DNA of 64,000 nucleotides from an uncultured delta proteobacterium (GTDB lineage: Bacteria > Myxococcota > UBA727 > VGSZ01): positions 416,001 to 480,000 of the forward strand of contig CAVZJB010000005.1 in NCBI GenBank assembly GCA_963775425.1, in the 5' to 3' direction. Shown in pieces: positions 9,921-19,035 of this stretch (position 1 is the stretch's first letter; each line of letters starts with the position of its first letter). Below the pieces are notes generated by a model, which saw only the letters and a list, made by a program, of their open reading frames with translations, ran no database searches and was not told the DNA's origin. Both the position numbers and the translations under genes were made by a program.

Positions 9921-10457
9921 ATGCTCTCCGTCGCCCTGCTCGTGTGCGCCGTCGCCGGATCTCCCGCGCCCGCGGAGGCGTCGGCGACGTCCCCTGCGGC
10001 GCCGGTGGTCACCTCCGATGACCGCGCGGCGGCGGCGACCACGTCGGGCATCGGCGCGTTCGTCGGCGTCGCCCTCGGCGGCGTCGTCGTGCCCGGCACC
10101 GCGGGCCTGATCGGCGGCTTCATCGGGCTGCGGCCGTCGGCGTCGGATCAGCTCCTGCTCACGACCATCGGCGGCGCGGCCGGCGCAGCGGCGGGCGGCA
10201 TCCTCGGCGCCATCCCCACCACGGAGCCGTGGATCGGCGAGCCCGCGGTGGGCGCGGCGGCCGCGCTGGGCGCCCTCGTCGGCCTCGTCCCCGCGATGAT
10301 CGTCGCGCAGCAGAAGCCGAAGACCAGTGATCCCAACGATCCGATCCGCCTGGCCCAGAGCGCCTGCCTTTTCACCGCCGTCGCCGCCGCTTCGGGCGCC
10401 GCCGCAGGCGCCGGCGCGCTCCTCGCCGCGCCCAAAGCGCGTCCTGCCGCGGAGTAG
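9921..10457 (+). CDS. Gly/Ala-rich membrane protein
   Basis: Signal-like N-terminus and several GxxxG hydrophobic segments. Confidence 0.6.
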   Translation: MLSVALLVCAVAGSPAPAEASATSPAAPVVTSDDRAAAATTSGIGAFVGVALGGVVVPGTAGLIGGFIGLRPSASDQLLLTTIGGAAGAAAGGILGAIPTTEPWIGEPAVGAAAALGALVGLVPAMIVAQQKPKTSDPNDPIRLAQSACLFTAVAAASGAAAGAGALLAAPKARPAAE

Positions 10458-10568
10458 CCAAGAGCCCTACCTGTAGGTCGCTCTCCCATCGGTCGCTCAC
10501 CGGATACGGGGTGGGGAACCCGGATCGTAGGTGGGACAGGACTCGGGTTTCGTCCGTCCGGAGGAATC

Positions 10569-11675
10569 ATGCTGCGACGCCTTCTTGTCGCCTTCGCCCC
10601 GCTGTTGCTCGCTTTCGCCGCCCAGGCGAGGCCGGAGTACCTCTCCTACTTCCCGAACAGCTCGACCATCGACGGCAACGGCTGCGTCAACTGCCATATC
10701 TCGTCGTTCGGCGGCGGCTCGCGCAACAGCTTCGGCAACGCCATGGGCAACGCGGGCCTCAACTGGGGCTCCGTGTGCCACAACGACAGCGACGGCGACG
10801 GCCAGACCAACGGCCAGGAGCTCGGAGATCCGGACTGCGTGTGGACCCGCGGCGCCAGCCCCGCGCGCACGAGCGCCATCTCGAACCCGGGCAAGTCGTC
10901 GTCCACCTCGTCGAACCCCGACGGCGGCTCCGTCCAGGGCGGCGAAGGTGAAGGCGAAGGCGAAGGCGAAGGGGAGGGCGAGGGCGAGGGCGACACCGGC
11001 GACGTCCCGCTGCAGTGCCCCGCGAACGCCACGCTCACCGCGAGCGGCTGCGCGTGTGGCGCCGGCTACGTCGCCGACAGTGCCGGAAGCGCCTGCGTCC
11101 AGGGCAGTGCGGCCTCGTGGCAGTGCGACCCGTCGTGGTTGGGCGACGGCGAGTGCGACTGCGGCTGCGGCGCCCAGGACACCGACTGCCCCGACAACAG
11201 CATCAACTCCTGCCAATGGAACGACTGCGACGCCTGGCAGCCGACGCAAGGCCTCCAGCCGAGCAGCACCAACCCCACGCAGTGCAGCGGTGGCGTCTCC
11301 GCGGGCGGCGGCGACACCGCCGTCGCCGGCACCTGCCCGGCCAACTCCACGCGCAGCGGCAACGGCTGCACCTGCAGCGGCGGCGCCACCGTCAACGCCA
11401 GCCACACCGCCTGCGTGCTCCCGCTCGGCGAGGGCGAGGGTGAGGCCGGCGAGGGCGAGGGCGAGGCCGGTGAAGGGGAGGGCGAAGGCCAGGCCGGCGA
11501 GGGCGAGGGCGAGGGGGAAGGTGAAGGCGGCGGCCCCGCCGGCGGCCCCGGCGCCGTCCCCGACGTGCCCGTGGAGCAGGTGTGGCCGGGCTGCACGTCG
11601 ACGTCGGGCAGCGGCCTGTCGTGGGCGGCGCTCGCGCTCTTCGCCGTGCTCGTGCGCCCGCGCAAGAAGAGGTAG
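10569..11675 (+). CDS. Secreted surface protein: CxxCH/temptin-like domain, (GE)n linkers, Cys-rich modules, MYXO-CTERM-like anchor
   Basis: GGAGG RBS; signal peptide; CVNCH...GGGSRNSFG...DSDGDGQTNGQELGDPDCVW; C-terminal GC...WAALALFAVLVRPRKKR. Confidence 0.85.
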   Translation: MLRRLLVAFAPLLLAFAAQARPEYLSYFPNSSTIDGNGCVNCHISSFGGGSRNSFGNAMGNAGLNWGSVCHNDSDGDGQTNGQELGDPDCVWTRGASPARTSAISNPGKSSSTSSNPDGGSVQGGEGEGEGEGEGEGEGEGDTGDVPLQCPANATLTASGCACGAGYVADSAGSACVQGSAASWQCDPSWLGDGECDCGCGAQDTDCPDNSINSCQWNDCDAWQPTQGLQPSSTNPTQCSGGVSAGGGDTAVAGTCPANSTRSGNGCTCSGGATVNASHTACVLPLGEGEGEAGEGEGEAGEGEGEGQAGEGEGEGEGEGGGPAGGPGAVPDVPVEQVWPGCTSTSGSGLSWAALALFAVLVRPRKKR

Positions 11676-11684
11676 GGTCCGCGC

Positions 11685-13163
11685 GTGCGCTCCCCTTACG
11701 GCGCCGTCTGCACGGCGCTGTCCGTTCTTACCTGGCTCTCGCTGGGCGTCTCCGCGCCCACGCAGGCGCGCCCGCACAAGCCCGCGCGGCTCGTGGTGGC
11801 CGTGCTGCCCTTCGGCTCGCACGACGGCATCAGCAAGGCCGTCGCGCGCCGCCTGCGACACTCCGTCTCGTTGTCGTCGAAGACGCGCGCCATCTCCAAC
11901 GCGCTCGACGACGCCGGTGAGTCGGGCTTCCAGCCCGTTCAGCTCGCGGCCATCCTCGGGCACCGCCACGTGGACGTCCTGGTGCGCCTCCAGTCGGATC
12001 CGGCGGGCATCGTGCTCACCGCCTTCGGCAAGGACGGTCTGCCGCGCCTGAAAAAGGAGCTGCCGCTCGAGTCCGACCGCGAGATCGTGCGCGCGGTGGC
12101 GGGCGCCCTCGGGCCCGTCCTCGAGGGGTGGCGCGACCTGAAGCCCCTGCCGCAGCACCGGGGCGACGCCGCCGGCGGCGGCGGCGGCGGCGACGACGAC
12201 GCGCCCCCGCACGCGCTCACGAGCGCCGGCGACGGCGGCGACGAGCACAAGGTCCCGCTCCACAGCATCGACGACGAGTCGGAGGGGTCCTCCGCGTCCC
12301 CCGCGGGCGACGACGACAGCAGCAGCGCGGTGGACTCCGATGAGAGCCACGAGTCCATCGACGACGTCGAGGCCGCGGCCAAGCCGGAGGGCGGCGGGCA
12401 CCACCGTTCCGTCGCCGTGTCCGCCGGGCTCGACATCGGCACGTGGAGCTGGAGCTTCGACGGCGCCCCGGACGTCAAAGCGAGCGCGGGCGCGCCCATC
12501 TTCTCGGGCGGCAGCGTGCTCCTGGACGTGTCACCACTCGCGTTCGCCGGCATCCGCTTCATCGCCGTGGACGCCGAGCTCGCCGGTGCCTTCGTGCCGT
12601 TCACGCTGCGTGGCACGCCCGTGGCGCCGCAGGAGTTCTCGTCGCCGCAGGTGCGCGCGAGCGCGCTGTTGAAGCTGCGCTACACGTTCTCCGGCGGCAC
12701 CGCCATCGGCGTGCGCGGCGGGTACCGCACCATCATCGCCGCCGCCGCCAAGCAGCAGACCAACGTCGCCGGCGCGGTCAAAAACGTCACCGTCATCCCC
12801 GCCTATCGCGTGCAGGCCATCGCCGCGGGGGTCGACGCGTTCATCCCCATCGACGTCGGCGGCCACCCGCTCGAGCTCGAGGCGCGCCTCGAGGCGCTGC
12901 CGCTCACCAGCTACGTGGAGGCCCCCGACAACCCCGGCGCGGCGTCGGTGGCGTTCGGCGGCTACGCCTTCCTCGCCGCGCGCTACGTCGACGCCTCGGG
13001 GCTGTTCATCGAGGGGCGCGTGGAGGGCACCGGCGTGCGCGTCACGTTCACCGACGTCGGCACCCGCAACGCGCTCAAGGGCGACGCGCTCGTGCCCATC
13101 GAAGGCGGCACGACGTTGAACCTCGGCGGCGCGGCCTCGCTCGGCGCGGGCTTCGAGTTCTGA
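11685..13163 (+). CDS. Outer-membrane beta-barrel protein with N-terminal periplasmic domain and acidic linker
   Basis: Signal peptide, amphipathic beta-strands, C-terminal LGAGFEF. Confidence 0.7.
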   Translation: MRSPYGAVCTALSVLTWLSLGVSAPTQARPHKPARLVVAVLPFGSHDGISKAVARRLRHSVSLSSKTRAISNALDDAGESGFQPVQLAAILGHRHVDVLVRLQSDPAGIVLTAFGKDGLPRLKKELPLESDREIVRAVAGALGPVLEGWRDLKPLPQHRGDAAGGGGGGDDDAPPHALTSAGDGGDEHKVPLHSIDDESEGSSASPAGDDDSSSAVDSDESHESIDDVEAAAKPEGGGHHRSVAVSAGLDIGTWSWSFDGAPDVKASAGAPIFSGGSVLLDVSPLAFAGIRFIAVDAELAGAFVPFTLRGTPVAPQEFSSPQVRASALLKLRYTFSGGTAIGVRGGYRTIIAAAAKQQTNVAGAVKNVTVIPAYRVQAIAAGVDAFIPIDVGGHPLELEARLEALPLTSYVEAPDNPGAASVAFGGYAFLAARYVDASGLFIEGRVEGTGVRVTFTDVGTRNALKGDALVPIEGGTTLNLGGAASLGAGFEF

Positions 13164-13176
13164 CGAGCCTTGCCAC

Positions 13177-14514
13177 TCATCGAATTCGCTTCCTGCGGCT
13201 GAGCCACCCGAGCGCGGCGAGGCCTGCCGCGGCTGACACGGTCGAGGCGCAGAGAATTCCGATCTTGGCCGCATCCAGCATGGCGGGCGGGAACGCCAGC
13301 CCGGCGATGAACAGCGACATCGTGAAGCCGATCCCGGTGAGGAGGGCGCCGGCGCCGAGGAAGGGCCAGCTCAACTCCGCGGGGCGCCGGGCGAGACCGA
13401 CGCGGACGGCGAGCCAGCTCAACGCGAACACGCCGATCGGCTTGCCGAGCGCCATGCTTGCGGCGATCGCGATGGAGACCGGCTGGCGAAAGCCCGCAAA
13501 GGAGATCGCAACGCCCGCATTGGCGAGCGCGAAGATCGGCATGATGGCGAAGCTCGCCCACGGGTGCAGCTTCATCTCGAGCTGCTCCACCGGCGACAGC
13601 GCCTCGCGCGCCGCGCGCCCGGCTTGTCGGAGGTCGGCGCGATCCTCCGTATCTCCGCTCCAGTGCTGGCCCTCTGGATAGGAAAGCACTCGGCCGAAGA
13701 TCGCGCGCAGACGTTCGTCGGTCACCCATCCTCGTGTCGGGGTCATCAGGCCGAGCAGGACACCCGCGACCGTGGGATGGATCCCCGAGGCGTCGAACGC
13801 GAGCCAGACGAACCCGCCGAGCACAAAGAAGACGGGGATGCTTCGGATCCCCAAGCGCGCGGTCCCGAGCACCACCGCGAGACCGAGGGCGGCGACGCCC
13901 AGCGCCGACCACACGACGCTCTCGCCGTAGCCAATCGCCACGACGAGGATCGCGCCCACGTCATCGAAGATGGCAAGCGAGAGGAGAAACAGGCGCAGCA
14001 CGGGGGGAATGCGGGCGCCGAGCAACGCGAGGCAGCCAATGACGAACGCGGTGTCCGTCGCCATCACGGCGCCCCAGCCGTTCGCACCTGGCTTGTTCGC
14101 CATGAGCACGAGATAGACAGACGCGGGGACAAGCATCCCGCCGAGGGCGCCGGCGAACGGCAGCGCCGCGCCCCGCCACCCGCGGAGCTCTCCGAGAACG
14201 AGCTCGCGCTTGAGCTCGAGCGCAACCACGAAGAAGAAGAGCGTCATCAAGCCGTCGTTCAGCCAGTGCTGCAAGGAGCGACTGAATTCGAAGGAGCCAA
14301 ACCGCAAGCCCACCCGGATCTGCCAGAAATGCAGGAACGGCGCCGACCACGGGGTGTTGGCGAGGATCAAGGCGGCGCAGGTTGCGACAAACAGCACGAC
14401 GCCGGCGGCGGCTTCGATCTTGAGAAAGCGTCCGAGCGGCTTGGTGAACCGGTCGGCCGCCTCGGACGGAAGCGCTTGAAGAGGGCGGACCTTCGAATTT
14501 TTTCGCGATGCCAG
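13177..14514 (-). CDS. nhaA: Na+/H+ antiporter NhaA (probable CTG start)
   Basis: WLNDGLMTLFF, LELKRE, MATDTAF, LAIFDD, PIFALANAG, GIGFTMSLFI; GGAGG 6 nt before an in-frame CTG at 14514. Confidence 0.93.
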   Translation of the reverse strand: MASRKNSKVRPLQALPSEAADRFTKPLGRFLKIEAAAGVVLFVATCAALILANTPWSAPFLHFWQIRVGLRFGSFEFSRSLQHWLNDGLMTLFFFVVALELKRELVLGELRGWRGAALPFAGALGGMLVPASVYLVLMANKPGANGWGAVMATDTAFVIGCLALLGARIPPVLRLFLLSLAIFDDVGAILVVAIGYGESVVWSALGVAALGLAVVLGTARLGIRSIPVFFVLGGFVWLAFDASGIHPTVAGVLLGLMTPTRGWVTDERLRAIFGRVLSYPEGQHWSGDTEDRADLRQAGRAAREALSPVEQLEMKLHPWASFAIMPIFALANAGVAISFAGFRQPVSIAIAASMALGKPIGVFALSWLAVRVGLARRPAELSWPFLGAGALLTGIGFTMSLFIAGLAFPPAMLDAAKIGILCASTVSAAAGLAALGWLSRRKRIR

Positions 14515-14605
14515 TCGCCGCCTCCGTCGTCGACAAGATAGCGACAAACGTGCGATCGCAGGGGAAGGCGCCTCGCCTCGGCGTCCTTGCTCGACTGCGC
14601 CCGGC

Positions 14606-14637
14606 CGATCTGTGCCGAAGCGATCTGTGCCGAAGCG
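14606..14637. repeat. Perfect 15-bp tandem direct repeat in a divergent promoter region
   Basis: CGATCTGTGCCGAAG twice (14606-14620, 14621-14635). Confidence 0.85.
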
Positions 14638-14674
14638 GGTTGCGGGGCGGCGCAGGGATCGCCACAGGGGGCGC

Positions 14675-14869
14675 ATGGACCAAAACGTCCTGCTCCTGCT
14701 CGTGCCCGTGCTGCTCATCGAGCTGTCGATGAAGGTGGTCGCGCTCGTCAGCCTCTCGCGCGCGGAGCGCACGCGCGGACCCAAGGTCGTCTGGGCACTG
14801 GCCATCGTGCTCACCACCGTCATCGGTTGGGCGCTTTACTTCATCGTCGGTCGAGACCCGCATCGATGA
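14675..14869 (+). CDS. Small two-TM protein, PLDc N-terminal (YxlE-like) family
   Basis: KVVWALAIVLTTVIGWALYFIVGR motif. Confidence 0.8.
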   Translation: MDQNVLLLLVPVLLIELSMKVVALVSLSRAERTRGPKVVWALAIVLTTVIGWALYFIVGRDPHR

Positions 14870-15843
14870 GCGCCGCCGTCGCCGTCGCCGGTCTCACCAA
14901 GCGCTTCGGCGACGTCACCGCCGTCGACGACCTCTCGCTCGTCGTCGAGGGCCCGGGCGTGTTCGGCTTCCTCGGGCAAAACGGCGCCGGCAAGTCCACG
15001 ACCATCAAGATGCTCACGGGCCTGGTGCGCCCCACCGCGGGAGACATCCGTCTGCTGGGCGAGCCGGTGCGCGCCGGCGACGGGGGCGTGCGCCGCCGGC
15101 TCGGCTACCTGCCGCAGGACCCCGGCTTCTATCCGTGGATGACGGGCGTCGAGTACCTGCTCTTCACCGCCGCGCTCTTCGGCGTGACCGGCGCCGACGC
15201 CAGGCGCAGGGCGGCCGCGTGCCTGGATCGCTGCGGCCTCGACGAGGGCGCGCGCAAGCGGCGCGTGGGCGGTTGGTCGGGCGGCATGAAGCAGCGCCTG
15301 GGCATCGCCGCGGCGCTCATCCACGAGCCCAAGCTGCTGCTCCTCGACGAGCCCGTCTCGGCGCTCGACCCCGTCGGCCGCGCCGACGTGCTCGCGCTCC
15401 TGGAGGAGCTCGGCGCCGACGCCACCGTGCTCATGTCGAGCCACATCCTCGCCGACGTCGAGCGCGTCTGCGCGGACGTCGCCATCCTCCACGAGGGCCG
15501 CCTCCTCGCGCACGAGCCGGTCGCCACGCTCAAGGCGCGCGCGCGCAAGAGCGCGTTCGACGTCACGCTCCACGCCACCGGCACCGCCGCCGAGGCCGTC
15601 GCCGCGGCGCTGCGCGCCGCCGCCGAGGTCGTCTCCGTCACGCCGTTGCCGCGCGCGCCGGGCGCGTCCGACGACGTCACGCCCCTGCGCGTCTTCGTGC
15701 GCGACACGAAGGACGGCGAGCGCGCCTTGCCCCGCCTGCTCGCCGCCGCGCAGGCGCCGGTGGTGTCGCTCGCCGTGTGCGCGCCGAGCCTCGAGGAGGT
15801 GTTCATCTCGCTCGTCGGCCACCACGAAGAGGTGCGGACGTGA
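14866..15843 (+). CDS. ABC transporter ATP-binding protein
   Basis: GQNGAGKST, SGGMKQR, LLLLDEP, SSH. Confidence 0.95.
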   Translation: MSAAVAVAGLTKRFGDVTAVDDLSLVVEGPGVFGFLGQNGAGKSTTIKMLTGLVRPTAGDIRLLGEPVRAGDGGVRRRLGYLPQDPGFYPWMTGVEYLLFTAALFGVTGADARRRAAACLDRCGLDEGARKRRVGGWSGGMKQRLGIAAALIHEPKLLLLDEPVSALDPVGRADVLALLEELGADATVLMSSHILADVERVCADVAILHEGRLLAHEPVATLKARARKSAFDVTLHATGTAAEAVAAALRAAAEVVSVTPLPRAPGASDDVTPLRVFVRDTKDGERALPRLLAAAQAPVVSLAVCAPSLEEVFISLVGHHEEVRT

Positions 15844-16611
15844 GCGGCTTCGCGGCGGTGTGCCGCAAGGAGCTGCTCGAGCAGGTGCGCACGTTCCGCT
15901 TCCTCATCGTGCTCGTCGCGCTGGTGCTCGTGGGGCTCGGCTCGCCGCTCCTGGCCAAGGTGATGCCGGAGCTGCTCTCGCGCTTCGCCGGCGACGACAC
16001 CGGAGGCGTGCAGCTCCTGTTGCTCAAGGAGCCCGGCGTCACCGACGCGCTCTTCCAGTACCAGAAGAACATGGCGCTCGTCCCGCTGCTCGTCATCTTC
16101 GTGAACATCGCCACGCTGAGCGGCGAGCGAGGGCGCGGCACGTTGCCGATGCTGCTCGTGAAGCCCGTCTCGCGCGGCACGGTGCTCCTCGCCAAGGCCG
16201 TGGTGCCGCTGGCGCTCATCGTCGCGGGCACCGCGATCGCGGCGGCGGGCTGCCTGTTGTACACGACAATCCTCTTCGGGGAGGTCGACGTCGCCGGCTT
16301 CCTCCTCGTGAACGCGCTGCTGCTCCTCTCGTTCACGGCGTACCTCGCGCTCACGCTCTTCGGCAGCGTGGTGACGCCCACCGTCGCCGCCTCTGCCGGC
16401 GTGGGCCTCGGCGGGTACGTGCTGCTCGCGCTGCTCGGCGCGCTGCCGGGCATCGGCCGCTACACGCCCGCCGGCCTCGGCAGCGCCGTCGTCGACCTGA
16501 CGCTCGGCAGGGACACGCCACACCTCGCAGGCAGCGTCGTGGCCACGGCGCTCATCACGGTCGCGCTCTTCGTCGCCGCGGAGCGGATCTTCGCGCGACA
16601 GGAGATTCTGA
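15840..16611 (+). CDS. ABC-2 type permease; stop codon apparently lost through a 1-bp insertion
   Basis: RKELLE start, ERGRGTLPMLLVKPVSR motif, about six TMs, ends FARQEI. Reading GAGATTCTGATG minus one T gives GAG ATC TGA overlapping the next ATG. Confidence 0.85.
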
Positions 16612-18362
16612 TGCGCACCTCGCGGCGCGCCGCTGCGGGTCACCGGCCCGCTTCGAGGGAGCGCCCGGTCAGAGGCGTGATCGCCGTCTTCATCGGCGTC
16701 GCCATGGGGTTGCCGTGCGCGTGCGCCAGGCCGCTGCCCGAGGCGGGCGCCCCGATCGCGCGGCTCGAGGTGCACGAAGAGGCGCGCGCGTCGCTCGGCC
16801 CCGTCGTCGGCGCCGCCGTTGTCTCCGCCGCCGTCGGCGTGCCCGGCGGCGTGGTCGAGCGCGTGCGGGTCGCGCCGGCGTCGCGCGCGACGATGAGCCT
16901 GCGCATCGACGGCGCGCTCGTCTCGGACGGCGACGGCGCCGTGCGCTACGACCAGCGCCGGCGGCAGGGGCGCGAGGTCGACGCCGTCGTCGTGCAGCGC
17001 GTCGCCCCCGGGCGCTTTGCGTGGCGGCACACGAAGGGCCTCGCCGTGTCGCGGCGTGAGGTTCGGGCGCCGGGGGTCCTCGTCGACGAGGCGCGCACGC
17101 CGATGGAGGGCGTCGGCGGCTCCCTCGCGCTGTGGTGGGCGCTCGCAGCGCGGCTGCCGCGCACCGGACCGGCCGAGACCCAGCTCGACGCGCTCGACGT
17201 CCGCGCCGGCGTGCCCGTGAAGGTCTGGGTGAGCCGCCGCCAGGCCGCCGACGTCGACGTCGACGGTGAGCGCGTGCACGCGCTGCGCTTCTTCGTATCC
17301 ACGCGCGCCTCGAGTCACACCGTGTGGATCGACGGGAGCAGCGGCGCGCTGCTGTTCCTCGACGCCGTCGGCGGCGTCTACGTGCGGCCGGGCTTCTTGC
17401 CGCCGGAGCCGCCGCCGCCGCCGCTGCCTGACGGCGTGACCGAGGAGGACCTCTCCATCCCCGCCGGCGACGTCGTGCTCGGCGCCACGCTCACGCGACC
17501 GCCGGCGAGCGACACGCCGTCGCCGGGCGTGGTGCTCATCGCGGGCAGCGGCCCCATGGACCGCGACGAGAGCCCGCTCATGGTCTTCCGCGACCTCGCC
17601 CACGGGCTCGCGGCACGCGGCTTCGCCGTCTTGCGCTACGACAAACGCGGCATCGCCGCCAGCCGCTTTGTCGACGACGAAGGGCCCCACGATCAAACCC
17701 GGGAGGCGCTCGCGCGCGACGCGCGCGCGGCGCTCGAGGCGCTCGCGCGACAGCAGGGCATGGACGCGCGCTGCCTCTCGCTCGTCGGCCACAGCGAGGG
17801 CGGCTACCTCGCGCCGCTTGTGGCGCGCGACGACGAGCGCGCCGCCGCCGTCGTGCTGCTCGCCGGACCGGTGGAGCCGCTGTTCGATCTGCTGCGGGAG
17901 CAGGCGCGGCTGATCCTGCAGGCCCACGGCTTGAGCGACGCGGAGCTCCGCGCGGGCCTCGCCGCGCAGCGCGCGACCCTCGAGCCCATCGAAGCGCGCG
18001 TGGCGCGCGCGGACCCGACGCTCGCCGACGCCGACCCGGCGACGCGATGGCTCGCGAGCTACGCCGCGTACGATCCGCTGCCCACGCTCGCGGCTCTGCA
18101 CGTGCCCGTGCTCGGGCTGTACGGCGGCGCCGACCTGCAGGTGCCCGCGTCGCAACCCGATCGCCTGCGGGCGTTCGCGCGTGAGCACAAGCGCGACGAC
18201 GTCACCGTCGAGGTCATCCCCGGCGTCGATCACACCTTCAAGGACGTCCCCGCCGGCCGCACGGGCATGGGCGTCCTCCTCGATCCCGATCGCCCCCTCG
18301 ACCCGCGCACCGTCGCGAAGATCGGCGACTGGCTCGATGCGCACGGCTGCCGTACGCGATGA
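16611..18362 (+). CDS. Secreted alpha/beta hydrolase with N-terminal beta-rich domain
   Basis: IAGSGPMDRD, LRYDKRG, GHSEGG nucleophile elbow, GGADLQV, GVDHTF. Confidence 0.85.
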   Translation: MRTSRRAAAGHRPASRERPVRGVIAVFIGVAMGLPCACARPLPEAGAPIARLEVHEEARASLGPVVGAAVVSAAVGVPGGVVERVRVAPASRATMSLRIDGALVSDGDGAVRYDQRRRQGREVDAVVVQRVAPGRFAWRHTKGLAVSRREVRAPGVLVDEARTPMEGVGGSLALWWALAARLPRTGPAETQLDALDVRAGVPVKVWVSRRQAADVDVDGERVHALRFFVSTRASSHTVWIDGSSGALLFLDAVGGVYVRPGFLPPEPPPPPLPDGVTEEDLSIPAGDVVLGATLTRPPASDTPSPGVVLIAGSGPMDRDESPLMVFRDLAHGLAARGFAVLRYDKRGIAASRFVDDEGPHDQTREALARDARAALEALARQQGMDARCLSLVGHSEGGYLAPLVARDDERAAAVVLLAGPVEPLFDLLREQARLILQAHGLSDAELRAGLAAQRATLEPIEARVARADPTLADADPATRWLASYAAYDPLPTLAALHVPVLGLYGGADLQVPASQPDRLRAFAREHKRDDVTVEVIPGVDHTFKDVPAGRTGMGVLLDPDRPLDPRTVAKIGDWLDAHGCRTR

Positions 18363-18443
18363 GGGGTTCGGGCCGGCAGCGGAAGCGGCACGTCGGCGCA
18401 TCACCCGCTCGCTCGAACCCGGGACGAGCTCCGCCGGCAGCCG

Positions 18444-19019
18444 TCAAGGACGTCGTGGCGGCCCGGAGCAAGGAGGCGGCGCACGGCGAGCACCGCGCAG
18501 CGGCGGCGCGGGGCGACGGCCCGCTCGCCAGACCAGGGCGGGCGCGAGGAAGAAGGCGAGCACGAAAAACGGCGCGGCGCCCGCGGCGGCCGAGCAGCCG
18601 AAGCCGTACTCGACGGGCGCCGTGGCGAGGGCGACAGGGCCGGCGTCGCCGCCGGACGCGTCAGCGACGTTCGGGTCCGTGCCGCCGTGGAGCTCGTCGA
18701 CGTCGGTGACGCCGTCGCCGTCGCTGTCGACGCCGTCGGCGTCGAGCTGGTCGATGGCGCTGTGCAGGGACGCGACGTCTTCGAGGACGAGCCCGCGCGC
18801 TTTGAGCGCGATGCCGAAGTCCTTGGTGACCGTGCCGATGCCGCCGACGTTGTTGGTGTGGCAGACGGTGCACTGCGGCAGCGTGTTCAGCGAGAGATAC
18901 GACTGCATCTCCGAGGGATACCCGGGGCTCGCGTGCGCGCCCGTCGCCGCGAAAACGCCGACGGCGGCGACGACGAGCGCGCGCGCGGCGCAGGCGGCTT
19001 TCGAGGGACGAGACGTCAT
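18444..19019 (-). CDS. Surface-anchored CxxCH protein with DSDGDG Ca-binding loop and MYXO-CTERM-like tail
   Basis: Signal peptide, CTVCH, DSDGDGVTDVDEL, YGFGC plus hydrophobic segment plus Arg-rich tail. Confidence 0.8.
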   Translation of the reverse strand: MTSRPSKAACAARALVVAAVGVFAATGAHASPGYPSEMQSYLSLNTLPQCTVCHTNNVGGIGTVTKDFGIALKARGLVLEDVASLHSAIDQLDADGVDSDGDGVTDVDELHGGTDPNVADASGGDAGPVALATAPVEYGFGCSAAAGAAPFFVLAFFLAPALVWRAGRRPAPPLRGARRAPPPCSGPPRRP

Positions 19020-19035
19020 CGGAAGACCTCGCGGG

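Noticed and set aside
7417-10110. Long antisense or alternate-frame ORFs (also 15129-18404, 28207-31314, 56565-58541)
   Set aside because: Shadow frames of real genes in high-GC DNA; Arg/Ala/Gly-rich with no recognisable motifs.
10944-11528. (GAGGGC)n tracts, and the 15-bp repeats at ~21365-21425, as phase-variation switches
   Set aside because: Unit lengths are multiples of three and encode (GE)n and (AHVDA)n linkers, so slippage would not shift the frame.
15135-18362. 1075-aa permease-hydrolase fusion ORF
   Set aside because: The N-terminal part is an off-frame shadow of the ATPase gene; the fusion disappears on removing one T at GATTCT, which restores a typical FARQEI-stop.
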